From contig OZ024744.1 in NCBI GenBank assembly GCA_964016885.1, forward strand, positions 36,642,001 through 36,706,000: a stretch of DNA of 64,000 nt, written 5' to 3'. Both the position numbers and the translations under genes were made by a program. The notes beneath the pieces are model-generated. The model saw only the letters and a program-made list of their open reading frames with translations, did no database searches and was not told the DNA's origin. Positions 1 to 13,479 of this stretch are shown one piece after another (position 1 is the stretch's first letter; each line of letters begins with the position of its first letter). Origin of the DNA: Eledone cirrhosa. Its lineage: Eukaryota.

Positions 1-6
1 ATATCA

Positions 7-1486
<1,480 letters not shown>

Positions 1487-1511
1487 TAATATATATATAT
1501 ATATAAATTAA

Positions 1512-2390
1512 CGAGAATCGTATTTCGGCTATTGGAAATTAGCGAAAAACAACTTCCGAGTTGTGTGGAAAGTGCTCCATAGAAGCGACTGGGCTAGAAC
1601 TACAACATAAGTTAAAAGGCCAAACACACTGAGACGATGGTTAAACCATTATCCGCACAGCCATAGAAACGACCAAGTAATTCGGGTCAAACAAATAAAA
1701 TATGATTGAAAAATTATACCCGGATCCCTGGAAGGTTGGTAAAATATCCAGCATTTGGGTTTCTGCAACTCCTAAATCAAGTACTGTCTGCTTAGACAAA
1801 TAATGTTAAGCTTTTGGTAAGATGATTGAACCAGGAAGTCACTTTCTCAACAGGCTTTTTGTTCAAGTGCCAAGTGAAGGACGGACCGTTATCAAAACCC
1901 ACGTGGGGCTCGACAAGGAGGGCAACCCTTAATTTTGGCGGATGAATTCAGTACGTGTGTTATTATTGCAAAATTGCCTTTCATCCTTACGGGGTCGATA
2001 AAATAAAGTACCAGTAATACACTGGTTAATTTGCTGGCCTTGTGCCTAACGTAGAAACAATTATTGAAAAATTGCAAAATATCACAAAACGAATTAAGTT
2101 CCCAACAATGGTTTTAAAATTAACAAAAGCTATTCATCAGTCAATAGAATTAACTAAAAATTCAAGAAAATTAACTGGTCAATAGCTAGACTCGGGAGAT
2201 GAATACAAATATAAATAGCGAGAATCGTATTTCGGCTATTGGAAATTAGCGAAAAACAACTTCCGAGATGTGTGGCAAGCGCTCCATAGAAGCTAATGAA
2301 CTAGAACTACAACATAAGTTGAAAGGCCAAACACACTGAGACGATGGTTAAACCATTATCCGCACAGCCATAGAAACGACCAAGTAATTC
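1512..2390. repeat. Pair of ~172-bp direct repeats (1512-1683, 2219-2390) flanking ~535 bp
   Basis: CGAGAATCGTATTTCGGC...GACCAAGTAATTC is present twice with a few substitutions; a SINE fragment lies between them (~1975-2060). Confidence 0.85.
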
Positions 2391-2561
2391 TAGTTCATAT
2401 ATGTATATATATTGTTATACTTTGGGAGGGTCATGTTGCCAATAAGAAACACACGCACCAGATGCTTCACTTCAATTTATTATTATAAATTTATAAATTT
2501 ATGAATTTATAAATTTCCAGTTGGTTGGTTGGTTCCACAACCAGATGGTTGTTTATATATT

Positions 2562-2604
2562 GTCAAAGTTCTTTCGTCACACATTCTGTGCCCTCTTCAG
2601 TGAC
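2562..2604 (-). ncRNA. Minimal type I hammerhead ribozyme, second copy in the inverted arm
   Basis: Reverse complement of 3664-3706 with one stem II mismatch (GGCACA instead of GTCACA). Confidence 0.65.
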
Positions 2605-3663
2605 TGGGGGTGCTTTTCTTTGTTTTTGTGCCTCTCGTTTGTTCTGTCCTATGCCATTTTGTTTCTGTGTGTGTTGTGTGCTCAGTCTGCGCATGCGCCA
2701 CATTCGGGTGTCTGTGTGTGTTTATATTCGTTTATTTATTTGTTTATTTACATGTTACAGGTTGGTTGTTTGTTCTATGTGCGTGTGTGTTTTCATTTTG
2801 TCCTTAATTGTAAGTTGTGATGTTGCTGTTCCACTCATATTTTCTATTTAATTTTGGTTGTAATTCTTTTATATTTATTGCCTCTGTGATTTGTCTAAAC
2901 ATTGCGTCTTTTCTGTGTGTAGATTCTATTTTTATTTCATGCGGCCCCTGGAGGTGAATTGGCTTGCAGGTTTGGAGGGGCCTTGGATAGGCATAGACTC
3001 GATGTTGGGATGGTGGAAGGACCGGGTGCCTCCGTGGGAACACTTATTGGTAGGACGTGCCATTTTCGGGGACCCCCTTGTGTAGATGGGAAATGTGTGG
3101 CCTGTGGGTTGGGCCCCCATGTTGGCTGTGAAACTGGAGATGTGGTGTGTGGCATGGGATGTGCTGAGCGACGGTGTGGAGACAGAGGTGTAGTGTGCAT
3201 GGGCGGGGCGGCTCGTGGTGTGGGGGAGCGGATGGGTGGGCGCTGGCGGGACCTTCGGGATAGTGGGGGGTCGTCTGTGCTCTACCAACATGCTAAAATA
3301 GAACATAAGGGTAAATTAGAGAACATAGAAATAAAAATAGAATCTACACACAGAAAAGACGCAACGTTTAGACAAATCACAGAGGCAATAAACATAAAAG
3401 ACTTACAACCAAAATTAAATAGAAAATATGAGTGGAACAGCAACTTCACAACTTACAAATAAGGACAAAATGAAAACATACACGCACATAGAACAAACAA
3501 CCAACCTGTAACATGTAAATAAACAAATAAATAAACGAATGTAAACACACACAGACACCCGAATGTGGCGCATGCGCAGACTGAGCACACAACACACACA
3601 CAGAAACAAAATGGCGTAGGACAGAACAAAGGAGAGGCACAAAAACAAAGAAAAGAACCCCCA

Positions 3664-3706
3664 GTCACTGAAGAGGTCACAGAATGTGTGACGAAAGAAC
3701 TTTGAC
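3664..3706 (+). ncRNA. Minimal type I hammerhead ribozyme
   Basis: Stem I GTCA/TGAC; core CTGAAGA plus one extra G; stem II GTCACA-GAATG-TGTGAC; GAAA; vestigial stem III G-AA-C; UH site CUU. Confidence 0.75.
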
Positions 3707-4139
3707 AATATATAAACAACCATCTGGTTGTGGAACCAACCAACTGGAAATTTATAAATTCCTAAATTTATAAATTTATAATAATAAATTGAAGTGAAGC
3801 AACTGGTGCGTGTGTTTCTTATTGGCAACATGACCCTCCCAAAGTATAACAATATCGGTTTCAACACACGTTTTTAGATAAAGAATCTTGCTAAACAAAT
3901 TCAGAAACGATATATATATATATAGTAAAAAGAAAAGAAAAACAGTAGAAAATGCGAAAGGGATTTTCTCTCAAAATAACATCAATACATTTATTTACAA
4001 AATAGGAATTTCTGCATTAATTGTACCGGTTTCAGATTTTATGCTTTTTCACACGACGGAAGTGTATAATGATGTTAAATTGCATATTAATAAAAATAAT
4101 AAGAATATGGCGAAAAAATTGTTTTACATACATATCTAG

Positions 4140-7100
4140 GGAGAAAAGTTCACAATTTAGATGACGGACACAATGTACGCGTTCGACACCTCCGCTCGAC
4201 CTTTCTGAGATAGCTTCTTCTCGGCCCATTTCTTGGTGAGAGGACACTTTTCTCACCACCTCGTCCCAATTTTTGTCCGTCTGGAGGCCTGGAATGAACC
4301 ACGCCCCTAGCAATTTAACCCGTCCGTCCGTCCAGCGCCCGACGACGCTGTTGAACTGAATGGACCTTCCTATCCGAGTGCCGAGCTGCAGGCCCACCGA
4401 CTTTTCCTGGTTAATCATTGCTCCTGTCACTGCATCGTATTCTCTTAGTGTGGTGCCGATCACCTCGATGTGTTTGGCATTCGACACCACTACGATGACA
4501 TCGTCTGCGTATGTTGTCACTGTTCTTCCACATCCCAGTTCGCGCGGGACCCCCCTCAACACATCCAGTTTGTGCAGTAATGGCTCGAGAGTCAATGTGT
4601 ACAAGAAGGGACGAGAGGGCGCATCCTTGGCAGACCAAGCGCATGATGTTGAAGGGTTCCGAAAGGTTACCCTTCACTCTCACACCAGAGCAGATGTCGC
4701 TGTGCATGGCAGAGATCCAGCCTCTGAAGACGGGCCCCAAGCCAGCCACCCTCAGGACTGCCGCTAGATAACGATGGTCGACCCTATCGAAAGCTTTCGA
4801 CTGATCTAAATTGATCAAGGTTCCACCCGTGCCAGGTATCCCAGCTAACCCCTCTACGATGTATCACATGAGGTGGAGGTTGTTGTGAATGGACCTGTCT
4901 GGAATGGCGCATGTCTGCGCCTCTCCCAGCAGACCACCGACGACAAGCGCCAACCGCTTTGCTAGCACCTTGGCCAAAATCTTGAACTCACAGAGCTGGG
5001 AATTCTAATGTTCGTAGGGCAGACAATCCAAACCAGGCTATTTAACCATTATGCAGCCAGTCATTGCCTCCCATTCTTCAGCGGCTGTTATCGGCTTTTT
5101 ACAACACTCAATCTCAGTGACCGAGAACGCCGGCAGTCCGTCGAGATAGGAACTAAAGTCCATTCCGCGATCCGGCCCGCCACCGCCCCTGAACAGTTGA
5201 GCGAAGTGTCGCTGAAAAGCTTCACACATTTGCCCGGGATCGAGTAACATGCGCCCGTCGTAGTCCACCAAAGACCGGACCGTGGCTTTGTTGCCACGAC
5301 GCGCCTCCGCCACTCGAGCCCATTGAACGGCTTTCGTCCCCTCGTGTCTGAGAACACGCGCGCTAGCTCTGACAACGCAGCCTCCGGGCTTTGCGTTGAA
5401 AAATTTGGTCGAGAGCCAATTTCGCCGCAAGTACGTCGGTCGCGATGCCTTTACTAAGCGCCTCCTCTAATTTGCAAAATTGTTCTCCCTCTGCTCTATT
5501 CTTCTCTATTGCTAACGCCTTAGTAAACCTAATGGACTCTATTCTAATCACTCTTTTCAGGACAAACGACAATTTGTTCTTGGCGATGGCCCCCGTTAAC
5601 GTCCGCTTAACAAATTAGCTAATCCGGTCTCTGTAAGCTTTGCGCGCTGTTAACGACGCGTTTAGCTTCCAGTAGCCGGGTTCCTGTCTATGAAGCCTAT
5701 CTACGTCAAACACACAGATCACAAATTTGTGGTCCGTGTAGTCGACTATCTTGAATTGTGGCCAGCCTATGCTAGGCATATCTATTTCCCTACAAAATAC
5801 CCTATCTAGATAAGATCTGGATGACTCGATGCGGTTTGTCCAAGTCCACATTGGCACAATTGGGAAATCCAGACGGTACCTGTCAGACAGTTGAAAACGT
5901 CCGAGCAGGTTTGCGGGGCTTTTACATACTCCTCCCATATCCGCTAATCTTACACAATCCCAGCGTGCATCTAAGATCCCGCTCCAGTCACCCACTAACA
6001 CTACTAACACCTTTCCAAGAAAGGTCTTCTGCCGCCAGAAGAAGCCAGGCCGTCCTGCTCCCGTTGGGGCATAGACGGCCACTAGCCTGAAAGCTTGCCC
6101 TTCTCCGCTGGTCACGTCCAGCACCAGCAACTTACCTTCTGGGTCCAAGAAGATGGCCCGTATCTCGATATCCAGACTTCTCCGGAGCAAGACAGCCCCC
6201 TCCCCCCGATCCCGGACGGCTTGCAGATGTGTACATCTCGTAGCCGCTGAAAATGGGTGGGAATGCCCGTGCCTCGGAGATTCTGGTCCCGCTGAGGGCC
6301 ACCACTTCTATGTTTAGCGGCCTGAGATCGTTGAGCAGGTGGCCCTGCTTCCCAGATGACCCCAGGCCACGTGCATTTATGCTACCTATCCTGAGAGAAG
6401 CCATGTTGGCTAGGACAGGTGGAAAACAAGTGATAGGGGAAAAGTAAAAAAAACTTTACCTGTGGCTCTTTTTTAGGAAGGGGGTGGGTGACCCATCCCT
6501 CCGACCAATGGTGGGTTTCTCCACGAGAATGTCTGTGAATATTCTTTTAGTGATGTTCCCTCGGTCGTCTCCAATTAATGTGGGGAACATTTTTTTTAAT
6601 GTCATGTTTTTTTTTGGGGGGGGGGGGGGTGATTTCTATAATTATTGTGTGTGTGTGTAGGGGGGGGGGGTGCAATGCTAGTGGTCTGCATGTGGTTTGT
6701 TTCTGTGATGTTGGTGTGGTGTTGAATGTAATTTAAAAGCTTTGTGTTGTCTGTTTCTATGGCTGTGTATTGTGTCTGCTGTTTGGGTGTTGGTGTTTTC
6801 TGTGTTTGCTGTGGTGTTGTTGGAGGTGACGATGGGGTAGATGGTAAGGGTGGTGGTTATATTGTAGGTGGTTGTGGGTGTGTGGCTGTTGATGGTGGTG
6901 GAGGAGTTGGGGTCATTTTCATTTTCTTTTTTTGGTTTCTTTCTTCCTCTTTTTTTTTGGGGGGCAAAGGTAGGGAGTTCTTCCTTTTTTTTGCTGGGAT
7001 GGATTTCCATCCTTCGGCCTCATCGCACTCCTTGTCCGATTTAGCAATATCGGGAAGGGGCATGCTCTCCATTGGTTCTGTTGGTGGTGGAGGAGATGGT

Positions 7101-7227
7101 GCTTTTGTTGTTGGTTATAGTAATTTTTCTTCTGACACTGTGATCTTGGTTGGTTTGTCCACTCCAGTCGCGGGACACGGCGTAGGGATAAAGGGGAGCG
7201 CGTTCCCGTCTTGGCGAGTTTGGGGCT
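4140..7227 (-). mobile_element. Tx1/L1-like LINE fragment (ORF1 3' half, APE endonuclease, RT), degenerate
   Basis: ORF pieces IGSINARGL, LVGDW, SYLDR, TDHK, GYWKLN, LDQSKAFDRVDH, QGCALS and YADD; homologous to 51192-54633; frameshifted. Confidence 0.93.
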
Positions 7228-8040
7228 GAACACCCCAACGACGACGGGTTGCTTGCCCTCCTCGACTTCTAAATCAACATCACGGATCAGGAAGGGATTA
7301 ACACCAACTTTTACCGCAAGGCAGCCTGCAGAGACGTCTTCGTCCACTACAAATCTGCCCTCCCTAACAGTGCTAAAAGAGGGTACATCACGAACGAGAT
7401 CACGCGGATTAAAAATAGATGCAGCGATCCCGTGAGTGGTGTTGCCCATACCAAGCGGCTCCACAGGGTGCTGGGGACTAATGGATACCCAGCATCATAT
7501 ACAAGCAGAGTAAGAAACACCAGACGCAAGAGGCAGAGAAACACCCAAGGCAAGTGCTTTCTTAATATCCAGCACTTGGGTGAGAAAACCACTAACGCTA
7601 TCCGCAGAGCCATATGGAGGGAAGGCTTCTACATCCACTTGGCCCACTCGGGGCCCTCCCAACGGAGATGCCTCTCCAAGAAACCCGAAAAATTGGCTGA
7701 CGCGTGTTCCCTCAGCAACTGTCCGATGTGCCAGAGGAACTGTTGCTTACGCACGTACGTCGTATACAAGGTAGAATGTGAAAAGTGTAACGACCTCTAC
7801 ATCAGTAGCACCATCTGGCCACTACATGTCCGGATCAAGGAGCACATCAACACTAGGGCCTTGTCTTTCCGGAAACATATAATCAAATGCAGAAACAAAG
7901 ATGGAAGGCCCATTGTCATAGTGTTAGCGACGGAACACAACGTCAGCTCTTTAAGAATCTAGGAAGGACTTTGGATCAAATGCCTCGAACCACAAATAAA
8001 TAACCGATCCGAGAAAAGTGAGTCGAGATGGCTGGTGTAA
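7228..8040 (+). mobile_element. Penelope-like element 3' fragment (RT C-terminus plus GIY-YIG), degenerate
   Basis: LLALLDF...FYRK...VHYKSALP, then C-rich linker, VVYKVECEKCNDLYISST...LHVRIKEH and EGLWIKCLEPQIN. Confidence 0.88.
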
Positions 8041-9149
8041 CAAATGAAACAACAACAACACACATACACAGCAGCAATCGAGAGATTGTTATTGTGTATA
8101 TATCGTGTCCACCACCCACCGACTAACAGACAACAATCAAGCAGACTACCAATACCAACACCACACCTCCCAGTATAAAAGATTGAATATAAGAAATTGA
8201 CAGCGAAGGTGTGTACACACTGACACATCACCACCCCACTAATCTGGTATAGACGAACTGCCTCGACCTTTGTCTGACCGCAGCTATTCTGCACTCACGC
8301 GCATCCCACAGAGTAGTTCAGTTGTACACACACGATAAACAACAGAGGCCACGTGTTGTCCCTCTACGACTAAAAACTTCCCCCCTCGGAAAATCCCCAG
8401 TTGATGTATGCGAAATCCGAAATAAAGGGACAATTAAATCACTTCCAAGGTAACTCTATCTCGTGTTAATATTTTTATACTCTTTCCTACGTTCCTCTAC
8501 ACCCTATACGTCTCTTTCTACATTTGCTCTTACATCCCTCTCTCATTACTACCTGATTCTGTTACCGGAGATCTACCCATCTACATTGTTGAGGCTTCCG
8601 AAATGACCAATTATATATATCTGTTAGAACACGAAAAGTGTGAAACAACAGAATGTTCACTTTTCGTGTTCTAACATATATGCCTAGCTTCTTTAAAAAA
8701 TTTTCGGGGATAGCCGTGGTGGTGGTGATCGTATGTCATTGGCTAATTTTCAACCAATCAGAGTACCTCTCTCTATATCTCTTCCACTGTTACTTACACC
8801 TGTTTCTCTCTATCTGTTCCGTCTCTATATATATCTCTTACTCTTTCGCTTTGCACTCCTCCCCTTCAATACCATCTCTCCCCCTCTCTATATATTTGTT
8901 ACTCTATCGCTGCACGCTCCTCTCCTTCAATATATCAATTACACACGCTTTACACTCCTTTATCCCCAGCGCCCCTATATATACACCCCCCCTCTCCCGC
9001 ATCTATATTTTAATGTACCGTTGCACCGTGAATATATGTGTCTATATATATATATATATACATATATATTGTATATACACATTCATGTATGTGTATACAC
9101 ACTCATGTATGTATATACACTGGTTTTATGTGTGTATTGTAAATTTGTA

Positions 9150-9257
9150 CTGTTAAAACACGAAACTAACATTCGATTGACACTTTGATTACCTGTACAG
9201 GCAATAGTTATTAGAATGCTGTTGAAGTGTGTATATATTTTTGGGGGACATCCTGTA
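9150..9257. mobile_element. Probable Tc1/mariner-type terminal fragment
   Basis: Ends TTTTTGGGGGACATCCTG|TA, i.e. TA-CAGGATGTCCCC on the minus strand; no partner TIR found. Confidence 0.35.
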
Positions 9258-9804
9258 TATACACACATTATATATAATACAATAAACAGATAAATACACA
9301 CATATATATATGAGCTTATTTAATTATAAATATTGTGAATTTTTAACTCAGTTCAATTATATATATAAATGGCTTCTACAGGACTAGAACTGTTTCATTC
9401 GAAAGAAATCATCATAATATTGAGAGGGGGGACTAGATAAAATATTTCAAATCAAATGTGTATAAGTTATAAGTTAAAATGTATAAATAGAGACGATAGT
9501 GGAGGTATATCTGTTTAGTGGAACAGTAGACGATAGAATTAAATACAGACGATAATCTCCCTTTAATGAAACAGCAGACGATAGAATTAAGGCAATTTAA
9601 ATTTTAAGCATTTGCATTTTTGCCTTTCATCGTTACGGGGTCGATAAAATAAAGTACCAGTAATACACTGTCACTAGACGACTTTCAAATTGAATTGTTG
9701 GTTCCATTTCTTTAGTATTTTCAATTGTAGTTATCTACTTAAAAAGCGTTACACGGTTAGAGACATAATTCGTAAGTTATATCTTCCCTATTAAACCATT
9801 GCAT

Positions 9805-9982
9805 TTGGCAGTATCGGTAGAGGGTCGGACGCCATGCTTTCCAGCATAGTTACGTCCCTTTGCGATCTGAGTTCAAATCCCGCCGAGGTTGACTTTGCCT
9901 TTCATCCTTACGGGGTCGATAAAATAAAGTACCAGTAATGTACTGGGTAATTGCTGGCCTTGTGCCAATAGTAGAAATAATT
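9805..9982 (+). mobile_element. tRNA-derived Nin/Deu-domain SINE
   Basis: A box TGGCAGTATCGG, B box GAGTTCAAATCC, core GACTTTGCCTTTCATCCTTACGGGGTCGATAAAATAAAGTACCAG, tail GCTGGCCTTGTGCC. Further copies near 9615-9670 and 10565-10735. Confidence 0.88.
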
Positions 9983-11287
9983 ATTTCGCCTACAATAGAA
10001 CAAAAATGAAATGTTCTTTAAAGAAACAGGAATATAACTTTATAAAAAAAAAAGTTGCATCCGCTTCTTTTATCATTGATAATTTTTTCGTTTTAATATT
10101 AATTGTTTTTTGTAGTTGTTTATATTAAAAATCTTACTGTAATATTTACTTAAACGAAGGCAAACATCTAAACTTATAGATTAATCTTGAGCGAAGGACT
10201 AGATAATTAGGTATATTTTGTAATATTATTAACTAATTATTATAATTAACGCGCATATTTTGCTATCCTCAAACACGTTTACACATGGCATGAAATATAA
10301 CTAATCCGAGATGGCTAGGTTTCATCTTCTAACTGGATATACGAAATCCATTATGTCTTGACAACAACATGAGGTACCATTATGTTATTCACAGACACAC
10401 TTTGTACACTGTTCCATATCAGAATGTATTTCCTTCGTCACATTCACAAACAGTATTGAAAATATGTTCTTCGGCAAATAAAAATGTTTTGTTCATAATA
10501 TTTCAACTAGCGATTGCTCTACTTCACGCACGACCACCATAAATTAATGACCAGCTCAACACAAGTATTGGTAGAGCGTCAGACACCATGCTTTGCAGTA
10601 TTGTTATGGTCCTTTGCATTCTAAGTTCAAATCCTGCCGAGGTTAACTTCGACTTTCATACTTACTAATTCGATAAAATAAAGTACCAGTAATGGACTGC
10701 CGTAATGGATTTGTGCCGAAAAATAGAAACACTATTAATGTGCAATAAGAGCAAAATATAACGACATTGCTCAATTATTTTATCTAATGTTGTAATAACA
10801 CAAGGAAATGTTGTTTGTGTATTTTTTTTTATATTTGCTCATAGGCTTTTACAATTTCGCTCAGCCAACAACTATTAAAAAGTGAGTTGCTTAAGATAAC
10901 AATTTAATCACAAATTGTTGCTATCTTTTAATACACTCCAACAAGTCATCAAATTATGTACAATAAAAACAAATCTTATTAATTTGCTCAGGGAATATAA
11001 AGAAAATGTATATACACTGATAATTGCAATTGTATGTAAATATTTTGTTTTTGTATTGTATATTTTATGTTTTCTATTATGTATAATATATTGATTTAAT
11101 ATTGATTGTTTTTTGTAGTTGTTTATATTAAAAGTCTGAAAATATTTTTATACATCTTACACTAATATTTATAAGATAATTTATAATAACAATTACATAA
11201 TCTAATTACATTACAACGATAATTTATTATTAATATATATCCTGTTTAACTAGAGTTATTACAAGCGTTGCCTTAAAAAAATATTAA

Positions 11288-12243
11288 ACTAGACATGAAA
11301 AATGCGCAAGCTCAAAAGTGCCACAGAATGTTATAATAAACCTTCAAAAGTGTGGGACTAGAGTTGTTGCTAAAAAATATTGTAATCATTATATATCGTA
11401 CATTCTGTGGCATCCTTTATAAAAATAGCTTAAACCAACGAAGCCTTTATTTTTACGCTATTTCACTTAGTTAATTCTTAGAGTGTAACATATAAAAATA
11501 AATACATCTATGTTTAATGTAATAACAGCTATAAATAATTACGTAATATTATTATCATATACTCATAGTAACAAAATAATTGTGTTGAAACTTAATATGA
11601 TGCTTATATGAACGATCAAATCTATAATGATAATTTCTTAAATATACTAATAGTAAAATAATTTAGTTATCTATTGTTACATTTTCATAGAACTATAATA
11701 TTAACAATCGTATTGCATTATCAAATTTTTATCACTACAAACTTTCATATTGGAATTACCTTAAGTCACTTATTATTACTTCGCTTTCGTACTTTTACAG
11801 CTGTAGATATTGCGCTGTATCTTATATCTAATATCAATATCTCGTGGTAATTTGCATGAAGTGTAAAATAGGTTTATTAATAACTTTAATATGAAATGTA
11901 TTATACAGGGCTGCGGAGTCGGCCAAAAATTGACTGGCTCCAACTCAGGATCCGATACTCCACTATTTCCTAAATTTCAGCTCCGCAGCTCTGTTATTAT
12001 ATTAATTAATTTATTTTATAGTTGTAAATCATATTTTTATATGTTACACTCTAAGAATTAACTAAGTGAAATAGCGTAAAAATAAAGGCTTCGTTGGTTT
12101 AAGCTATTTTTATAAAGGATGCCACAGAATGTACGATATATAATGATTGCAATATTTTTTAGCAACAACTCTAGTCCCACACTTTTGAAGGTTTATTATA
12201 ACATTCTGTGGCACATTTGAGCTTGCGCATTTTTCATGTCTAG
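11288..12243. repeat. ~212-bp inverted repeat pair (11288-11500 / 12032-12243)
   Basis: Near-identical reverse complements around a ~530-bp AT-rich spacer. Confidence 0.92.
11906..11993. mobile_element. 88-bp hAT-like MITE
   Basis: TIRs CAGGGCTGCGGAG / CTCCGCAGCTCTG; 8-bp flanks GTATTATA / TTATTATA. Confidence 0.75.
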
Positions 12244-12328
12244 TATATATATATATATATGACTAAAGGAATTTTTTAGCCTGATAATGGGGTTTAGAAC
12301 CCTCAGATAAATGTAAAAAGATGAGTAT

Positions 12329-12399
12329 TGACGTACATGGGAGTCGAACCCACATATTTGGTTATCGCGACCACTGTGCTACCATTACACCAACACATC
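12329..12399 (-). tRNA. tRNA-like cloverleaf, inverted copy
   Basis: Reverse complement of 12657-12727 with one substitution. Confidence 0.7.
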
Positions 12400-12656
12400 A
12401 CCCATCTCTTTCCATTCAAATTAGAAATTACATTCTTAGCGAGTTTAAATGGGAAGTAAGTATGTTTTAAAACAGTGAGCATTTATCTGAGGGTTCTAAA
12501 CCCCATTATCAGACTAAAAAATTCCTTTAGTCAAAACTACGGTGAAAGCTATTTCTATTTTCTAATTTCAAACCTGCTCACTATTTCAAAACATACTTAC
12601 TTGTCATTTAAACTCGTTAAGAATGTAGCTTCTAATTTGAATGGAAAGAGATGGGT

Positions 12657-12727
12657 GATGTGTTGGTGTAATGGTAGCACAGTGGTCGCGATAACCAAAG
12701 ATGTGGGTTCGACTCCCATGTACGTCA
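12657..12727 (+). tRNA. tRNA-like cloverleaf (pseudo-tRNA; nominal anticodon CGA, G at position 33)
   Basis: Acceptor GATGTGT/GTACGTC, D arm GTGT-AATGGTA-GCAC, anticodon arm GTGGT-CGCGATA-ACCAA, T arm GTGGG-TTCGACT-CCCAT; T5 run at 12737-12741. Confidence 0.7.
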
Positions 12728-12862
12728 ATACTCATCTTTTTACATTTATCTGAGGGTTTTAAACACCATTATCAGACTTAAAAATTCCTTTAGTCAAAAA
12801 TACGGTGAAAGCTATTTCTATTTTCTAATTTCAAACCTGCTCACTGTTTCAAAACATACTTA

Positions 12863-12897
<35 letters not shown>

Positions 12898-13479
12898 ATG
12901 CACGAACACACTCATGCACATGTGTACTCACGCACACACCCATGTCATCGTTCCTGCACTCGTATATGTGTTGGATTTGTGGTTGTTGGTCTGTATTGAG
13001 TGGCTGCATGTATTGCTGTATGTGTGTGTTTATGTGTGTGTGTGTGGGTGCGTGTATGTTTACGGAAGAGAAATGAATTATGGGTAATTATATGGTGTGT
13101 GTGTGTGTGTGTGTGTGTGGTAGATGGTGGTGGCAGAGTTCTAAGGAAGAACTAGGGTGTGTGTTTTATATTTAGTAGTCAGAAAGGGTGTAAATGACGG
13201 AGGTTAAAGGACTGTGTCTTGGGTGAGGGAAGTGTCGGTATGATAGGGTCGGCACCGCCCGGGCGAATACTATGGATGGTGTAGTGGTGTGTGTATATGC
13301 TGTGTGGTGATGATAGTGCTGGTGATGCGTGCGAGTGCAGATGTACAAGCACACACATATAGATACGTGCAGTAAACAAAGAGATTTCATTAAGTGGCCG
13401 TATGGTGAGACTCTGGGGAAAGAATTTTTGGTTATTAATACCAGTCGAAGTAATTAGTGTAGAAGATGGCGGAATCTGT

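Larger units (their letters stand above)
2409..3855 (+). mobile_element. Penelope-like element remnant with ~530-bp inverted arms
   Basis: 2409-2938 is the reverse complement of 3328-3855. The ORF end SVLYQHAKIEH...FRQITEAINIKDLQPKLNRKYEW matches a GIY-YIG C-terminus (EA.xI...P.LN). Confidence 0.8.
12261..12864. mobile_element. tRNA-containing 263-bp unit: inverted partial copy (12261-12480) plus ~1.45 tandem copies (12480-12864)
   Basis: CATTTATCTGAGGG recurs at 12480 and 12743. 12261-12480 is the reverse complement of ~12576-12795. (TA)n on both sides. Confidence 0.8.

Noticed and set aside
12281-12312. Hammerhead in the tRNA-containing unit (CTGATAA-stem-GATA)
   Set aside because: Two essential core positions deviate and no stem I/III or UH site could be assigned.
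12657-12727. Functional tRNA-Ser(CGA) gene
   Set aside because: It lacks U33, purine 37 and the long variable arm, and it is embedded in a repeated unit.
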